From positions 64,001-128,000 of IMG/VR virus record IMGVR_UViG_3300042402_001868: a stretch of DNA of 64,000 bases; one strand, 5' to 3'. The notes beneath the pieces were generated by a model. That model ran no database searches, was not told where the DNA came from, and worked only from the letters and a program-made list of their open reading frames with translations. Source of the stretch: a virus. Below are positions 38,207 to 46,200 of this stretch, one piece after another (positions within the stretch are counted from its first letter, which is position 1; every line of letters begins with the position of its first letter). The position numbers were made by a program, and so were the translations under genes.

Positions 38207-38280
38207 TGGTCTCGGTAGCAGGAATCGAACCTACGCTCGAACGTCCCAAACGTTCAGTGATACCATTTCACCATACCGAG
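38207..38280 (-). tRNA. tRNA-Pro(UGG)
   Basis: GAACG-TTTGGGA-CGTTC; CCA. Confidence 0.93.
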
Positions 38281-38288
38281 CTTGTGTG

Positions 38289-38363
38289 TGGTACCTGGAC
38301 ACGGTTTCGAACCGCGGACCCTCTCCGTGTAAAGGAGACGCTCTACCCCTGAGCTATCCAGGC
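38289..38363 (-). tRNA. tRNA-Val(UAC)
   Basis: TCTCC-TTTACAC-GGAGA; CCA. Confidence 0.95.
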
Positions 38364-38370
38364 AATAATG

Positions 38371-39540
38371 TTATAAATCAAATCCAAATACTGAACTAAA
38401 ATTTTGTGAGCGAGCCTGATCTAAATCAATAGTGTACTCTTTAAATGTCTGCCAACTTTGTTCTTCTGGTGCGTTAGTTTCTAAAATATGTTTAACACTA
38501 ACCAATTGCGAATGCACAGTTGCTACATCATGTTGATCTAGACCAACTGATTTAAGTATGGGTAATGATTTATCAATAGAGTCTATTGCTTGTTTACGAG
38601 CAACGCCGCTGAGAACCGACGGATGTAGCATGCCTTCGACCACAATCATGTCTAAACTGGTCTGATACTTTTTTCTGTAATCACATACAAATGCAATCAC
38701 CTTGTTGACGTCCAGTATGTTATACGCACTGAGGGCTATATTTGTGTTAATGCCGATCCGATTGTTATCAAGTCTCATACGACCGTAAAATTCTAAATTT
38801 TCTAACATGCGCGGCCAGTTGGTGCCATCTCGAGTGTACTCGGCCACTGCATCCACCCCATCTATGCTGAGGGTGAGTTGTACATATTTAAATTGCGAAA
38901 AGCACTCGACTATTCTTGGATTTATAGTGCTGACATTTGTAGTGACTTGTAATGTAATATCCTTGCCATGCCCTTGTTCGACAATAGCGTTGGTAATTTT
39001 CAACATGCCCGGGATAATCATTGGTTCGCCACCGGTGAAGTTGATCCATTTGAGATCAGGAATTAGTTCTACAATGTCATCAATGAATTCTTCGTCATTA
39101 GACCTGTGTCCAAGATCTGAATCAATGTGCCATTTTTTAAGTGCAGGATTGTCATGTACTTCTCGATCAATCAAACTACTCCAATTGGGCTTGCAAATCC
39201 TGCATCGAAAATTGCACAAATTACTCAGTCTGACTTCGATTGCCTGTGGACGACTTGGTGTATCGATATCTCGAGAAAACTCAATTCCGTTCAGTTCATG
39301 AGAACGAAGAAAAATTTGCCTAAGGCTTTTTCCACCTTGTTCTTCGGTAGTTTTACATCGTTGACAACTTTCTGTTAGATTGCCTGATAATAATCCTTGC
39401 TTGACAATTTTCACATGCTCGCTTGCTAGAAATTGTTTAGGACTAGACATCTTAACCGGAGCATGTCCACAGCAAACACTTTGTTCGTCGTAGCAAAAGA
39501 ATCCTCCATGCCACGGAGATGAGCAGTAGAATTCACTCAT
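38371..39540 (-). CDS. Radical SAM protein with N-terminal SPASM-like motif
   Basis: CSSPW..CC..CQRC; CNFRCRIC, GGEP, TTN and SIDG. Confidence 0.9.
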   Translation of the reverse strand: MSEFYCSSPWHGGFFCYDEQSVCCGHAPVKMSSPKQFLASEHVKIVKQGLLSGNLTESCQRCKTTEEQGGKSLRQIFLRSHELNGIEFSRDIDTPSRPQAIEVRLSNLCNFRCRICKPNWSSLIDREVHDNPALKKWHIDSDLGHRSNDEEFIDDIVELIPDLKWINFTGGEPMIIPGMLKITNAIVEQGHGKDITLQVTTNVSTINPRIVECFSQFKYVQLTLSIDGVDAVAEYTRDGTNWPRMLENLEFYGRMRLDNNRIGINTNIALSAYNILDVNKVIAFVCDYRKKYQTSLDMIVVEGMLHPSVLSGVARKQAIDSIDKSLPILKSVGLDQHDVATVHSQLVSVKHILETNAPEEQSWQTFKEYTIDLDQARSQNFSSVFGFDL

Positions 39541-39553
39541 TAGACTGCACCAA

Positions 39554-39627
39554 TGGAGCGGGGTAGGGGAATCGAACCCCTCGCTTTAGCTTGGAAGGCT
39601 AAGGTATTACCACTATACGAACCCCGC
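39554..39627 (-). tRNA. tRNA-Gly(UCC)
   Basis: TTAGC-CTTCCAA-GCTAA; TCCA end. Confidence 0.95.
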
Positions 39628-39628
39628 A

Positions 39629-40387
39629 TTATTCTGATTCCTTGCCAATGTTATCAGCATGATATTTTGGATCAACCTTTTTGGCAATAAAATTTGCAAA
39701 GCTCTTGTGAGCTGACAAAAAATAATGTCCTGACTTGGTATTGTTAAATCCACGATCCACAGCCCAGTTACAAAACTCAGTTTGTCCCAGTGGTCGATAC
39801 ACCGAATCAGGAAAATCATATTCTTGTACTGCACCAAAACTGTCCAGGTTGATAACAGGAATATTTTTTTGTGCTGCCATGGTATTCAATGCCAGTATAT
39901 TTTTTAACTTGTTCATACGACCCCACCAGCGATCAGCATGATGAGTAATCCATTGTTTTTGATATGCAACTATATCGTTATGGTTGTCAACAGGTTCTCC
40001 TGTAGCTTGGCCTTCTAGCATTATTTTGTCTGGAATAACTTTTGAAAAATTGATTTTACCACCAGCAAGGCCAATCCATTCACCTTCTTCGTAGTCCCAG
40101 ATTTCGGTACGTTCGCCACCAGTCCAGCAAGCAATCACAACATCGGGCTTTACTCGTTCTTTGTAAGGATTACAATAAGTTTCAAATATCCTAAATATTG
40201 CATCGTTTGATCCGCCGGGGATGGCATGATTCATTGGATGGTATCCTAGTAATTGGGCCAGTTGAACTGGATAACTCATAAAGTATCCGTAATGTTCTTT
40301 GCCATAATTTAGTAAATCCACATCTGGCTCTGTATTCATTTCTGAACCAGCGGCGTGACTGCATCCAAGTATAAGTGCTTTTTTCAT
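39629..40387 (-). CDS. SGNH/GDSL-like protein
   Basis: GCSH, GGSN, WT..R and C-terminal GH..AH. Confidence 0.65.
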   Translation of the reverse strand: MKKALILGCSHAAGSEMNTEPDVDLLNYGKEHYGYFMSYPVQLAQLLGYHPMNHAIPGGSNDAIFRIFETYCNPYKERVKPDVVIACWTGGERTEIWDYEEGEWIGLAGGKINFSKVIPDKIMLEGQATGEPVDNHNDIVAYQKQWITHHADRWWGRMNKLKNILALNTMAAQKNIPVINLDSFGAVQEYDFPDSVYRPLGQTEFCNWAVDRGFNNTKSGHYFLSAHKSFANFIAKKVDPKYHADNIGKESE

Positions 40388-40426
40388 AGAAATATTTATA
40401 GACTAATATTATACATTAGTAAAAAC

Positions 40427-40503
40427 TGGCCGGTCCTGAGAGATTCGAACTCCCAACTTCCAGTTTCGAAGACTGGCACTCTATCCAATTGAGTTAAAGA
40501 CCG
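40427..40503 (-). tRNA. tRNA-Arg(UCG)
   Basis: CCAGT-CTTCGAA-ACTGG; CCA. Confidence 0.95.
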
Positions 40504-40508
40504 ATATG

Positions 40509-40585
40509 TGGCAGGAGATATAGGATTCGAACCTATGCATGTCGGAATCAAAATCCGATGCCTTGACCAACTTGGCGAATCTCCA
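40509..40585 (-). tRNA. tRNA-Gln(UUG)
   Basis: TCGGA-TTTTGAT-TCCGA; GCCA. Confidence 0.95.
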
Positions 40586-40596
40586 ACAAAACTATC

Positions 40597-40671
40597 TGGT
40601 GGATGAGAGTAGAGTCGAACTACCACCGGACTCCGTATGAAGGAGGCGCACTACCATTATGCTACTCATCC
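40597..40671 (-). tRNA. tRNA-Met(CAU), probably elongator
   Basis: Loop TTCATAC; paired G1:C72; CCA. Confidence 0.85.
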
Positions 40672-40689
40672 TGGAATTTTCTAACAAGG

Positions 40690-41412
40690 CTATTGTGTTA
40701 TTGTAGAATTTTTTAACAAATATATTTTATTTTTATATATTTTATTTTTTACCTTTTGCCATTGGGAATCGTTGTCTAAGTTAACTGGATTGTGACGGTG
40801 GTCAATTTGCCGGTCGTCGACACAGTCAGTGTTAGTCAGTACATTAATATTTTTAAATTCACCAAGTGCTTCGTATCCTAACGGACGTTCTTTAACACAG
40901 ACACTCCATGCCGACCCTAATACGTAAACATTTTTTATGTGAGTATTTTGTGACAGATAATATGTTAATTCCCAGCCCCACTCTATGGCAATTTGAAATT
41001 TGTCATGGTTACTGTAATTTAAAATCAACGGATCGATTGTACGATGGACAAAAATTACACTACCATTAATGATAAAACCTAAGGGTTCACTTTGCTTGAC
41101 TTGTAAGAATAGCCGGTGTACCTGAACTAAATCTCTGATTATTCTGGTTGAATTGTTCTTAATAAAATCATTGTAATTTTTATACCATATATTAGATGCT
41201 GATATTTTTTCTGAGTTACAATCGTATGCGGCTAAGACAACTGTTTTAATATTTTGATTGTTGTCTAAAAATGATATTATTCGTTTATATAATTGGTCAA
41301 TTGTAGATTTACAATCTTCGGGTGACCAAGGATCTATTATTATAGCTAGACTAGGCTGCTCTAGGATCTTGCCACTAATTTCAGTTTTAACTTTATGAAT
41401 TGTATTATACAT
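40690..41412 (-). CDS. Hypothetical protein, possible cysteine-hydrolase (isochorismatase-like) fold
   Basis: AIIIDPW..VYVLGSAWSVCV; start moved downstream of tRNA-His. Confidence 0.55.
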   Translation of the reverse strand: MYNTIHKVKTEISGKILEQPSLAIIIDPWSPEDCKSTIDQLYKRIISFLDNNQNIKTVVLAAYDCNSEKISASNIWYKNYNDFIKNNSTRIIRDLVQVHRLFLQVKQSEPLGFIINGSVIFVHRTIDPLILNYSNHDKFQIAIEWGWELTYYLSQNTHIKNVYVLGSAWSVCVKERPLGYEALGEFKNINVLTNTDCVDDRQIDHRHNPVNLDNDSQWQKVKNKIYKNKIYLLKNSTITQ

Positions 41413-41449
41413 GATAAAATTACTTATCTGAGTTTGAGACTTAAAACCA

Positions 41450-41526
41450 TGGGGTGCATGATGGGATTCGAACCCACGTATATCGGAATCACAATCCGAG
41501 GTCTTAACCACTTGACGACAAGCACC
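41450..41526 (-). tRNA. tRNA-His(GUG)
   Basis: TCGGA-TTGTGAT-TCCGA; encoded G-1 and C73. Confidence 0.95.
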
Positions 41527-41560
41527 ATATAGAAACACACTGTGTCAATGTGTTTTTATA

Positions 41561-41636
41561 TGGTAGGACGTATTGGATTCGAACCAATGACCAATAGATT
41601 AAAAGTCTACTGCTCTACCAACTGAGCTAACGTCCC
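41561..41636 (-). tRNA. tRNA-Lys(UUU)
   Basis: GTAGA-CTTTTAA-TCTAT; CCA. Confidence 0.95.
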
Positions 41637-41688
41637 ACAAATCTTCCCACTCTTATCACTGTCCATTTGGACTCTCCTTTTAAAAACT

Positions 41689-41765
41689 TGGTAGCTTCAC
41701 TGTGACTCGAACACAGGACCCCCGCGTTATCAACACGGTGCTCTAACCAACTGAGCTATGAAGCT
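41689..41765 (-). tRNA. tRNA-Ile(GAU)
   Basis: CCGTG-TTGATAA-CGCGG; CCA. Confidence 0.95.
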
Positions 41766-41769
41766 GAAA

Positions 41770-41845
41770 TGGTGCCCCCACCATGATTCGAACACGGGAC
41801 CTACTGATTACAAATCAGTTGCTCTACCAGCTGAGCTATAAGGGC
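41770..41845 (-). tRNA. tRNA-Thr(UGU)
   Basis: ACTGA-TTTGTAA-TCAGT; CCA. Confidence 0.95.
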
Positions 41846-41850
41846 TTGTT

Positions 41851-41926
41851 TGGCTCCCCAACGTGGGCTCGAACCACGGACCAACAGATTAACAGTCTGC
41901 TACTCTACCGACTGAGCTATTGGGGA
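41851..41926 (-). tRNA. tRNA-Asn(GUU)
   Basis: GCAGA-CTGTTAA-TCTGT; GCCA. Confidence 0.95.
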
Positions 41927-41937
41927 ATTGATTGATA

Positions 41938-42026
41938 TGGCCGAGAGCCTGGGAGTCGAACCCAGTGACCGTTATACACAGTCTACAGATTAGCAATCTG
42001 CTGCATTACCGTCCTGCCCGCTCTCG
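41938..42026 (-). tRNA. tRNA-Ser(GCU)
   Basis: GCAGA-TTGCTAA-TCTGT; long variable arm; GCCA. Confidence 0.93.
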
Positions 42027-42033
42027 ACATGCT

Positions 42034-42062
42034 ATTATATAGCAGACACATCTCTGTGTCAA
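42034..42062 (-). promoter_or_regulatory. sigma70 consensus promoter for the Ser-Asn-Thr-Ile-Lys-His tRNA block
   Basis: TTGACA-N17-TATAAT, 7 nt upstream of tRNA-Ser(GCU). Confidence 0.85.
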
Positions 42063-42071
42063 CTTAATTCA

Positions 42072-42614
42072 TTACACCAATGGGATGTTTAACTCTTTTA
42101 GTTTGTTAAGATAGTGTACTTGACCTTGACTGACAGTTGTACGCCAGTCATTTAATGAATCACTATTTGCACCATCACTTACAAACTTATAACACAAAAA
42201 CTCTATGTTATGTTTCTTACATACCTTAGCAATGGCATATGCTTCCATATCTACTACATCAGCAGGTATCAATAGATTACTATCAGTAACAAAGTTATCA
42301 CCTGTGCTACACGTTAATCCATTACCTGTGTCAATGATGATTTCATCTTCAAATGGTGTTTGACCTGGTAGACTACCTAACTCACAGCACATCATATCAC
42401 GTTGTACAAACTTTGACACTTGGTGAAATCCTGACTTAACAGTAACTCCACCTGCAGTACCAAAGTTTATAACACGTTTGGGATTGTACTTTGCAATACA
42501 TTCTGCCGCTGTCATTGCGGCATTGACCTTGCCTACGCCAGTGTAAAACACCTTCATACTATAACTCATGTCAGGTGCTTCATCTTTAAGTGCAATTAAA
42601 ATTAGATCGTTCAT
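42072..42614 (-). CDS. MTA/SAH nucleosidase-like (PNP_UDP_1 family)
   Basis: TGVGKVNAA, INFGTAGG, TGDNF, VDMEAYA and KFVSD. Confidence 0.88.
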   Translation of the reverse strand: MNDLILIALKDEAPDMSYSMKVFYTGVGKVNAAMTAAECIAKYNPKRVINFGTAGGVTVKSGFHQVSKFVQRDMMCCELGSLPGQTPFEDEIIIDTGNGLTCSTGDNFVTDSNLLIPADVVDMEAYAIAKVCKKHNIEFLCYKFVSDGANSDSLNDWRTTVSQGQVHYLNKLKELNIPLV

Positions 42615-42637
42615 TCAGTTGTTTCCGTAACATTATT

Positions 42638-42712
42638 TGGTGGACCGTCCCGGGATCGAACCGGGGATTGAAGCTTGCAAAGCTACTGTGTTCCCATCTA
42701 TACCAACAGCCC
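42638..42712 (-). tRNA. tRNA-Ala(UGC)
   Basis: Loop TTTGCAA; G3:U70 identity pair; ACCA. Confidence 0.93.
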
Positions 42713-42717
42713 ATGAC

Positions 42718-42791
42718 TGGCGTACCCACTAGGACTTGAACCTAGACTGACGGTTTTGGAGACCGCGATGCTGCCATTACACTATGGATAC
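42718..42791 (-). tRNA. tRNA-Trp(CCA)
   Basis: GCGGT-CTCCAAA-ACCGT; GCCA. Confidence 0.95.
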
Positions 42792-42974
42792 TCAACACAC
42801 TCTTTAGAATGTGTGTATCAAAGCACTCTAAAATACTTAGGCTGCCTGTTCTTAAAGAATGCTTTAATACGCTGTAATTTTTCATCTCACACAAGAGACT
42901 CTATCCTACAGGCCGCCCGTTTGTTTATTTTTTAAAGTGCTTTAACAGGACCTCGTTTCCTTGAGCACTAAATG

Positions 42975-43003
42975 AAAAACCCTGGAGTGTTTAGTTCCAG
43001 GGT
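42975..43003 (-). terminator. Intrinsic terminator (candidate attenuator) upstream of tRNA-Trp
   Basis: CCCTGGA-ACTAAACAC-TCCAGGG followed by TTTTT. Confidence 0.75.
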
Positions 43004-43028
43004 CCTTTGGGTAGAATACAATTGTACT

Positions 43029-43142
43029 TTACACAGACCCTGAGTCTCCTGGAATGCTATTCACGCGACCGTTCGCATGTGACCAGGCTGATACCTGGGT
43101 AAACATGGATTTTGTTTGCAGTGAATAGTTATGTTTTTTCAT
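43029..43142 (-). CDS. Candidate attenuator leader peptide MKKHNYSLQTKSMFTQVSAWSHANGRVNSIPGDSGSV (37 aa)
   Basis: Lies between a consensus promoter and the terminator; single Trp codon at 43085-43083. Confidence 0.55.
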   Translation of the reverse strand: MKKHNYSLQTKSMFTQVSAWSHANGRVNSIPGDSGSV

Positions 43143-43152
43143 ATTAGTCTCT

Positions 43153-43181
43153 ATTATAGTTTATTTATGATTGTGTGTCAA
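43153..43181 (-). promoter_or_regulatory. sigma70 consensus promoter
   Basis: TTGACA-N17-TATAAT, 10 nt upstream of the leader ATG. Confidence 0.85.
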
Positions 43182-43197
43182 CCACAAATGGTAAAAT

Positions 43198-43272
43198 TGG
43201 TTGCGGGGGAAGGACTCGAACCTCCGTCTTTCGGGTTATGAGCCCGATAGTCTACCACTGACGTACCCCGCG
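43198..43272 (-). tRNA. Initiator tRNA-fMet(CAU)
   Basis: C1xA72 mismatch; GGG/CCC anticodon stem; loop CTCATAA. Confidence 0.95.
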
Positions 43273-43282
43273 GTAATACTTA

Positions 43283-43468
43283 TTTGATAACAATACTGCT
43301 GTGTGTTTAAAGGTTCCTGCTGTATTTCTACACCAGCATCCTTCCAACAGCATGTATGACTGTGACTAGCAGTCTGCCGCAACTTTCGTCCGCTCAGCGG
43401 CCATTGGATTTATAGTTCCCCAGCAGTTGGGCTCTCAGTCAAAGAATTTTTGACACATTGTTATCAAA
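43283..43468 (-). ncRNA. Unknown structured RNA candidate B (~186 nt)
   Basis: 12-bp perfect terminal stem enclosing about five hairpins. Confidence 0.5.
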
Positions 43469-44654
43469 CAGCACTAGGTTTGAACACAGCGTCGTAGTCA
43501 GTGCCACGCATGCTGTCAAGCAGTTTAACATATTGTCGGTAATCATCATAGAGCTTTTGGTCAAACACAGTGGTTTTTCCTAGCCCTGTAATTATATTGT
43601 ATAACTCTTCTCCCCATAGATTATATGGATATATCTGTCCAAGACGAACCGACTCCGGCCTCCGCAACCAATCTACAGTTTCTATCCAGTCTACAAGACG
43701 TTTTAAGTCTTGAGGAGGTGCTGATTCCATGGTCAAACAAGGTGTACCAGACACCGTGGTTATTCTTAAATCTACTTCACGACTTTTAGCATAATCTACC
43801 AACGCCGGTAAACTGTACACACTTGCGTGTTGCAAGGTGTGATTGATGTTTCTCACTGCCCCTGGTAATGCCTCTTGAAGGAGAATCATATTTGCAGAAA
43901 TTTCCTCCCAGCGGCTAGGGTATCTTAGATAATCATTCATAGCCCCCACACCTTCGAGGCTCACGCTGATCCATACATTTGTAAATAATTTTAACTTGTC
44001 CACGAGAACCGGCGGTACACGAGTGAGATTGGTATTAAATTGCAATCTCACATCGGTGTTATTACTGGCAATCAAAATATCTAATATTTTCCAAGTGCTT
44101 GGCAGTGGAAAGGGTTCGCCGCCGCTGATGTCAATACTCACAGCATCCTTGAGTTTTTCAGTTAAAAATTCAATGTATGCAGGATTTTCCCACCACTTGT
44201 CTGGTTGTGGGTGCTGGTGTATCATATTGATGCGATCAAATGCCTCAGGGTTTTGGCCACGTTCCTGATGCCATGCACTGCTGGCATAAGTGCCGCACAT
44301 GATGCATCTTAAATTGCAGTGATTACCCAGGCGTATTTCAAAGTTGTAGATGGGATTATCTACACTCGGAGTAGTGTGAGTTTCTGGATGCAATTCGTTG
44401 GCTCTTTGTCTCAACGAAGTATATCCAAGATCTTCTTCTCGGAAACATTTTACGCATCCAACATGGCGAATTCCTTGATCAAAATCTTTAAGAATTGCAG
44501 TGCGTACATTGTCATTGTACCCTTGATATTGATCCCATCGGTATTCAAGAGACTGGTCACCTTCGGGGTACCATTGACAGCAAGGTGTTAAAACACCTTG
44601 CCATGTTATTCCCAATCCATGATTAACCATGGAGCATGTTATTTTTTCAGCCAT
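43464..44654 (-). CDS. Radical SAM protein with N-terminal SPASM-like motif
   Basis: C..G..TPCC..CVKC; CNLRCIMC, GGEP, NTN and SLEG. Confidence 0.9.
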   Translation of the reverse strand: MAEKITCSMVNHGLGITWQGVLTPCCQWYPEGDQSLEYRWDQYQGYNDNVRTAILKDFDQGIRHVGCVKCFREEDLGYTSLRQRANELHPETHTTPSVDNPIYNFEIRLGNHCNLRCIMCGTYASSAWHQERGQNPEAFDRINMIHQHPQPDKWWENPAYIEFLTEKLKDAVSIDISGGEPFPLPSTWKILDILIASNNTDVRLQFNTNLTRVPPVLVDKLKLFTNVWISVSLEGVGAMNDYLRYPSRWEEISANMILLQEALPGAVRNINHTLQHASVYSLPALVDYAKSREVDLRITTVSGTPCLTMESAPPQDLKRLVDWIETVDWLRRPESVRLGQIYPYNLWGEELYNIITGLGKTTVFDQKLYDDYRQYVKLLDSMRGTDYDAVFKPSAV

Positions 44655-44659
44655 AGGTA

Positions 44660-45862
44660 TTACTTATTTAGAAAAGCCTGGTCAAATGTTATTTTTCGAA
44701 CGGAGTCTATTGATTGAGTAAACTCAAAAAACTTAGATCGGGTGTTTTCATTGAACGCATACTGATCTGTAAGAACTGCTTTTATATAATCTATTGCAGA
44801 ATTCAGATGTGTGATATAGATTGGGGGATCTTGTCCTTTCACAATCTTGGTCAATATAGCATTATCAGCAACGAATGTTTCAATCTGTTGTAATAACTCA
44901 TTGACCTGTGCAGGCGTGAGAGTGTTTATTTCAAGGTAATCGTGCCATGTTACTGTTTGCACTCGTAGAATATACGCATGGTCAACACAATATTGCAGTA
45001 CTGGAATCATTGTGTAATAACTGTAATGTTGTAAAATGTACCCAATATTAAAAAAACTCATATTGGGTAGAGTGTTTAACTTTTGAATATTTGTATTGAT
45101 GTTTCCCCACTTACTGCCATATCTCACATAGTCATTATGGTCTCCAATTCCTTCGACACTGACCATAACATCTATTTGTTTAAATTTTGATAACAGTTCG
45201 TAAACATTATCTTTGAGAAGAGTTGCGTTGGTCACAATGTTAAGATACACCGCCGGAGACAATTGCTCTAAAAAAGTAATTGCTTCTGGGGTAAACAACG
45301 GCTCTCCGCCAATTAATCTTACGTATCTTAGATTTGAAATCAAGGAAGGAGTTAGGTTTTTAAAATCTTGTGATTCGTACCAAAGAAACTTACTATCAAC
45401 AGTTGGGTATTTAAAATTATGTAAAATTGAAAAATTTTGTTTAATTTCAGTATTCCAACTGGAACTACTGTATGGTCCGCACATGTTGCAACGAAGATTG
45501 CAAGTGTTTCCAAACGCAATAGACAGGTGTTCAAGTTGATCAACTACGGCTGTATCAAATTGATCAAGATTGCCTCCAAAATGTTTGTTATATAACTGCC
45601 TTTCGCTAAACGTGTTTTTAGTAGCAGTCTCTTCAACTTCCCAACAGCGATGGCATCCCGAATGTTTAACCCCGGCTAGTAATTCTTGTCTGACAGAGTC
45701 TAATTTAGAAATCTTCCATGTTTTAAAATTTTTAATATGATGAGATTGTTTGTCTGGTGCCGAGACAGCACTTTCATCGTAGGCACAACATGGTGTAAGT
45801 TGCCCAGCATTTCCAATGCTCATGCCAACCCAGGGCATTATGCAAAATGTATCTTTATTCAT
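44660..45862 (-). CDS. Radical SAM protein with N-terminal SPASM-like motif
   Basis: CIMPW..G..TPCC..CHRC; CNLRCNMC, GGEP; start moved out of tRNA-Cys. Confidence 0.9.
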   Translation of the reverse strand: MNKDTFCIMPWVGMSIGNAGQLTPCCAYDESAVSAPDKQSHHIKNFKTWKISKLDSVRQELLAGVKHSGCHRCWEVEETATKNTFSERQLYNKHFGGNLDQFDTAVVDQLEHLSIAFGNTCNLRCNMCGPYSSSSWNTEIKQNFSILHNFKYPTVDSKFLWYESQDFKNLTPSLISNLRYVRLIGGEPLFTPEAITFLEQLSPAVYLNIVTNATLLKDNVYELLSKFKQIDVMVSVEGIGDHNDYVRYGSKWGNINTNIQKLNTLPNMSFFNIGYILQHYSYYTMIPVLQYCVDHAYILRVQTVTWHDYLEINTLTPAQVNELLQQIETFVADNAILTKIVKGQDPPIYITHLNSAIDYIKAVLTDQYAFNENTRSKFFEFTQSIDSVRKITFDQAFLNK

Positions 45863-45878
45863 ACTGATATTTAACCTT

Positions 45879-45956
45879 TGGAACACAGGGTGAGATTTGA
45901 ACTCACGATTTTACGGATTTGCAATCCGTTGCATTTGACCACTCTGCCACCTGTGC
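45879..45956 (-). tRNA. tRNA-Cys(GCA)
   Basis: ACGGA-TTGCAAA-TCCGT; U73. Confidence 0.95.
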
Positions 45957-45960
45957 ATAT

Positions 45961-46116
45961 TTTTATAGTCAAGCACCGAGAGATGCCGATTTGTCAACAA
46001 TGTAGCTAGCACTGACAAGCGAATGGCAGTTATGTCAGGACCTGTTCCTCGCACAGTTAGGCCCGAATAGTGACAGCGTCCCGTCACGATACCTTTATCG
46101 ATGCTTGACTATAAAA
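45961..46116 (-). ncRNA. Unknown structured RNA candidate C (156 nt)
   Basis: 19-bp terminal stem with one G-U pair. Confidence 0.5.
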
Positions 46117-46117
46117 A

Positions 46118-46200
46118 CATATTGAAACACACTAACTACCTTGGCATGTACTAAGGTTCAATGAACCGCTACGACCCTATCTTTAATGTGCTTCAATATG
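46118..46200 (-). ncRNA. Unknown structured RNA candidate D (83 nt)
   Basis: 17-bp terminal stem with G-U pairs. Confidence 0.4.

Noticed and set aside
43400-43445. Hammerhead ribozyme or TPP riboswitch (CTGAGAG..GAAC)
   Set aside because: Neither the CUGANGA/GAAA core nor the TPP consensus is complete.
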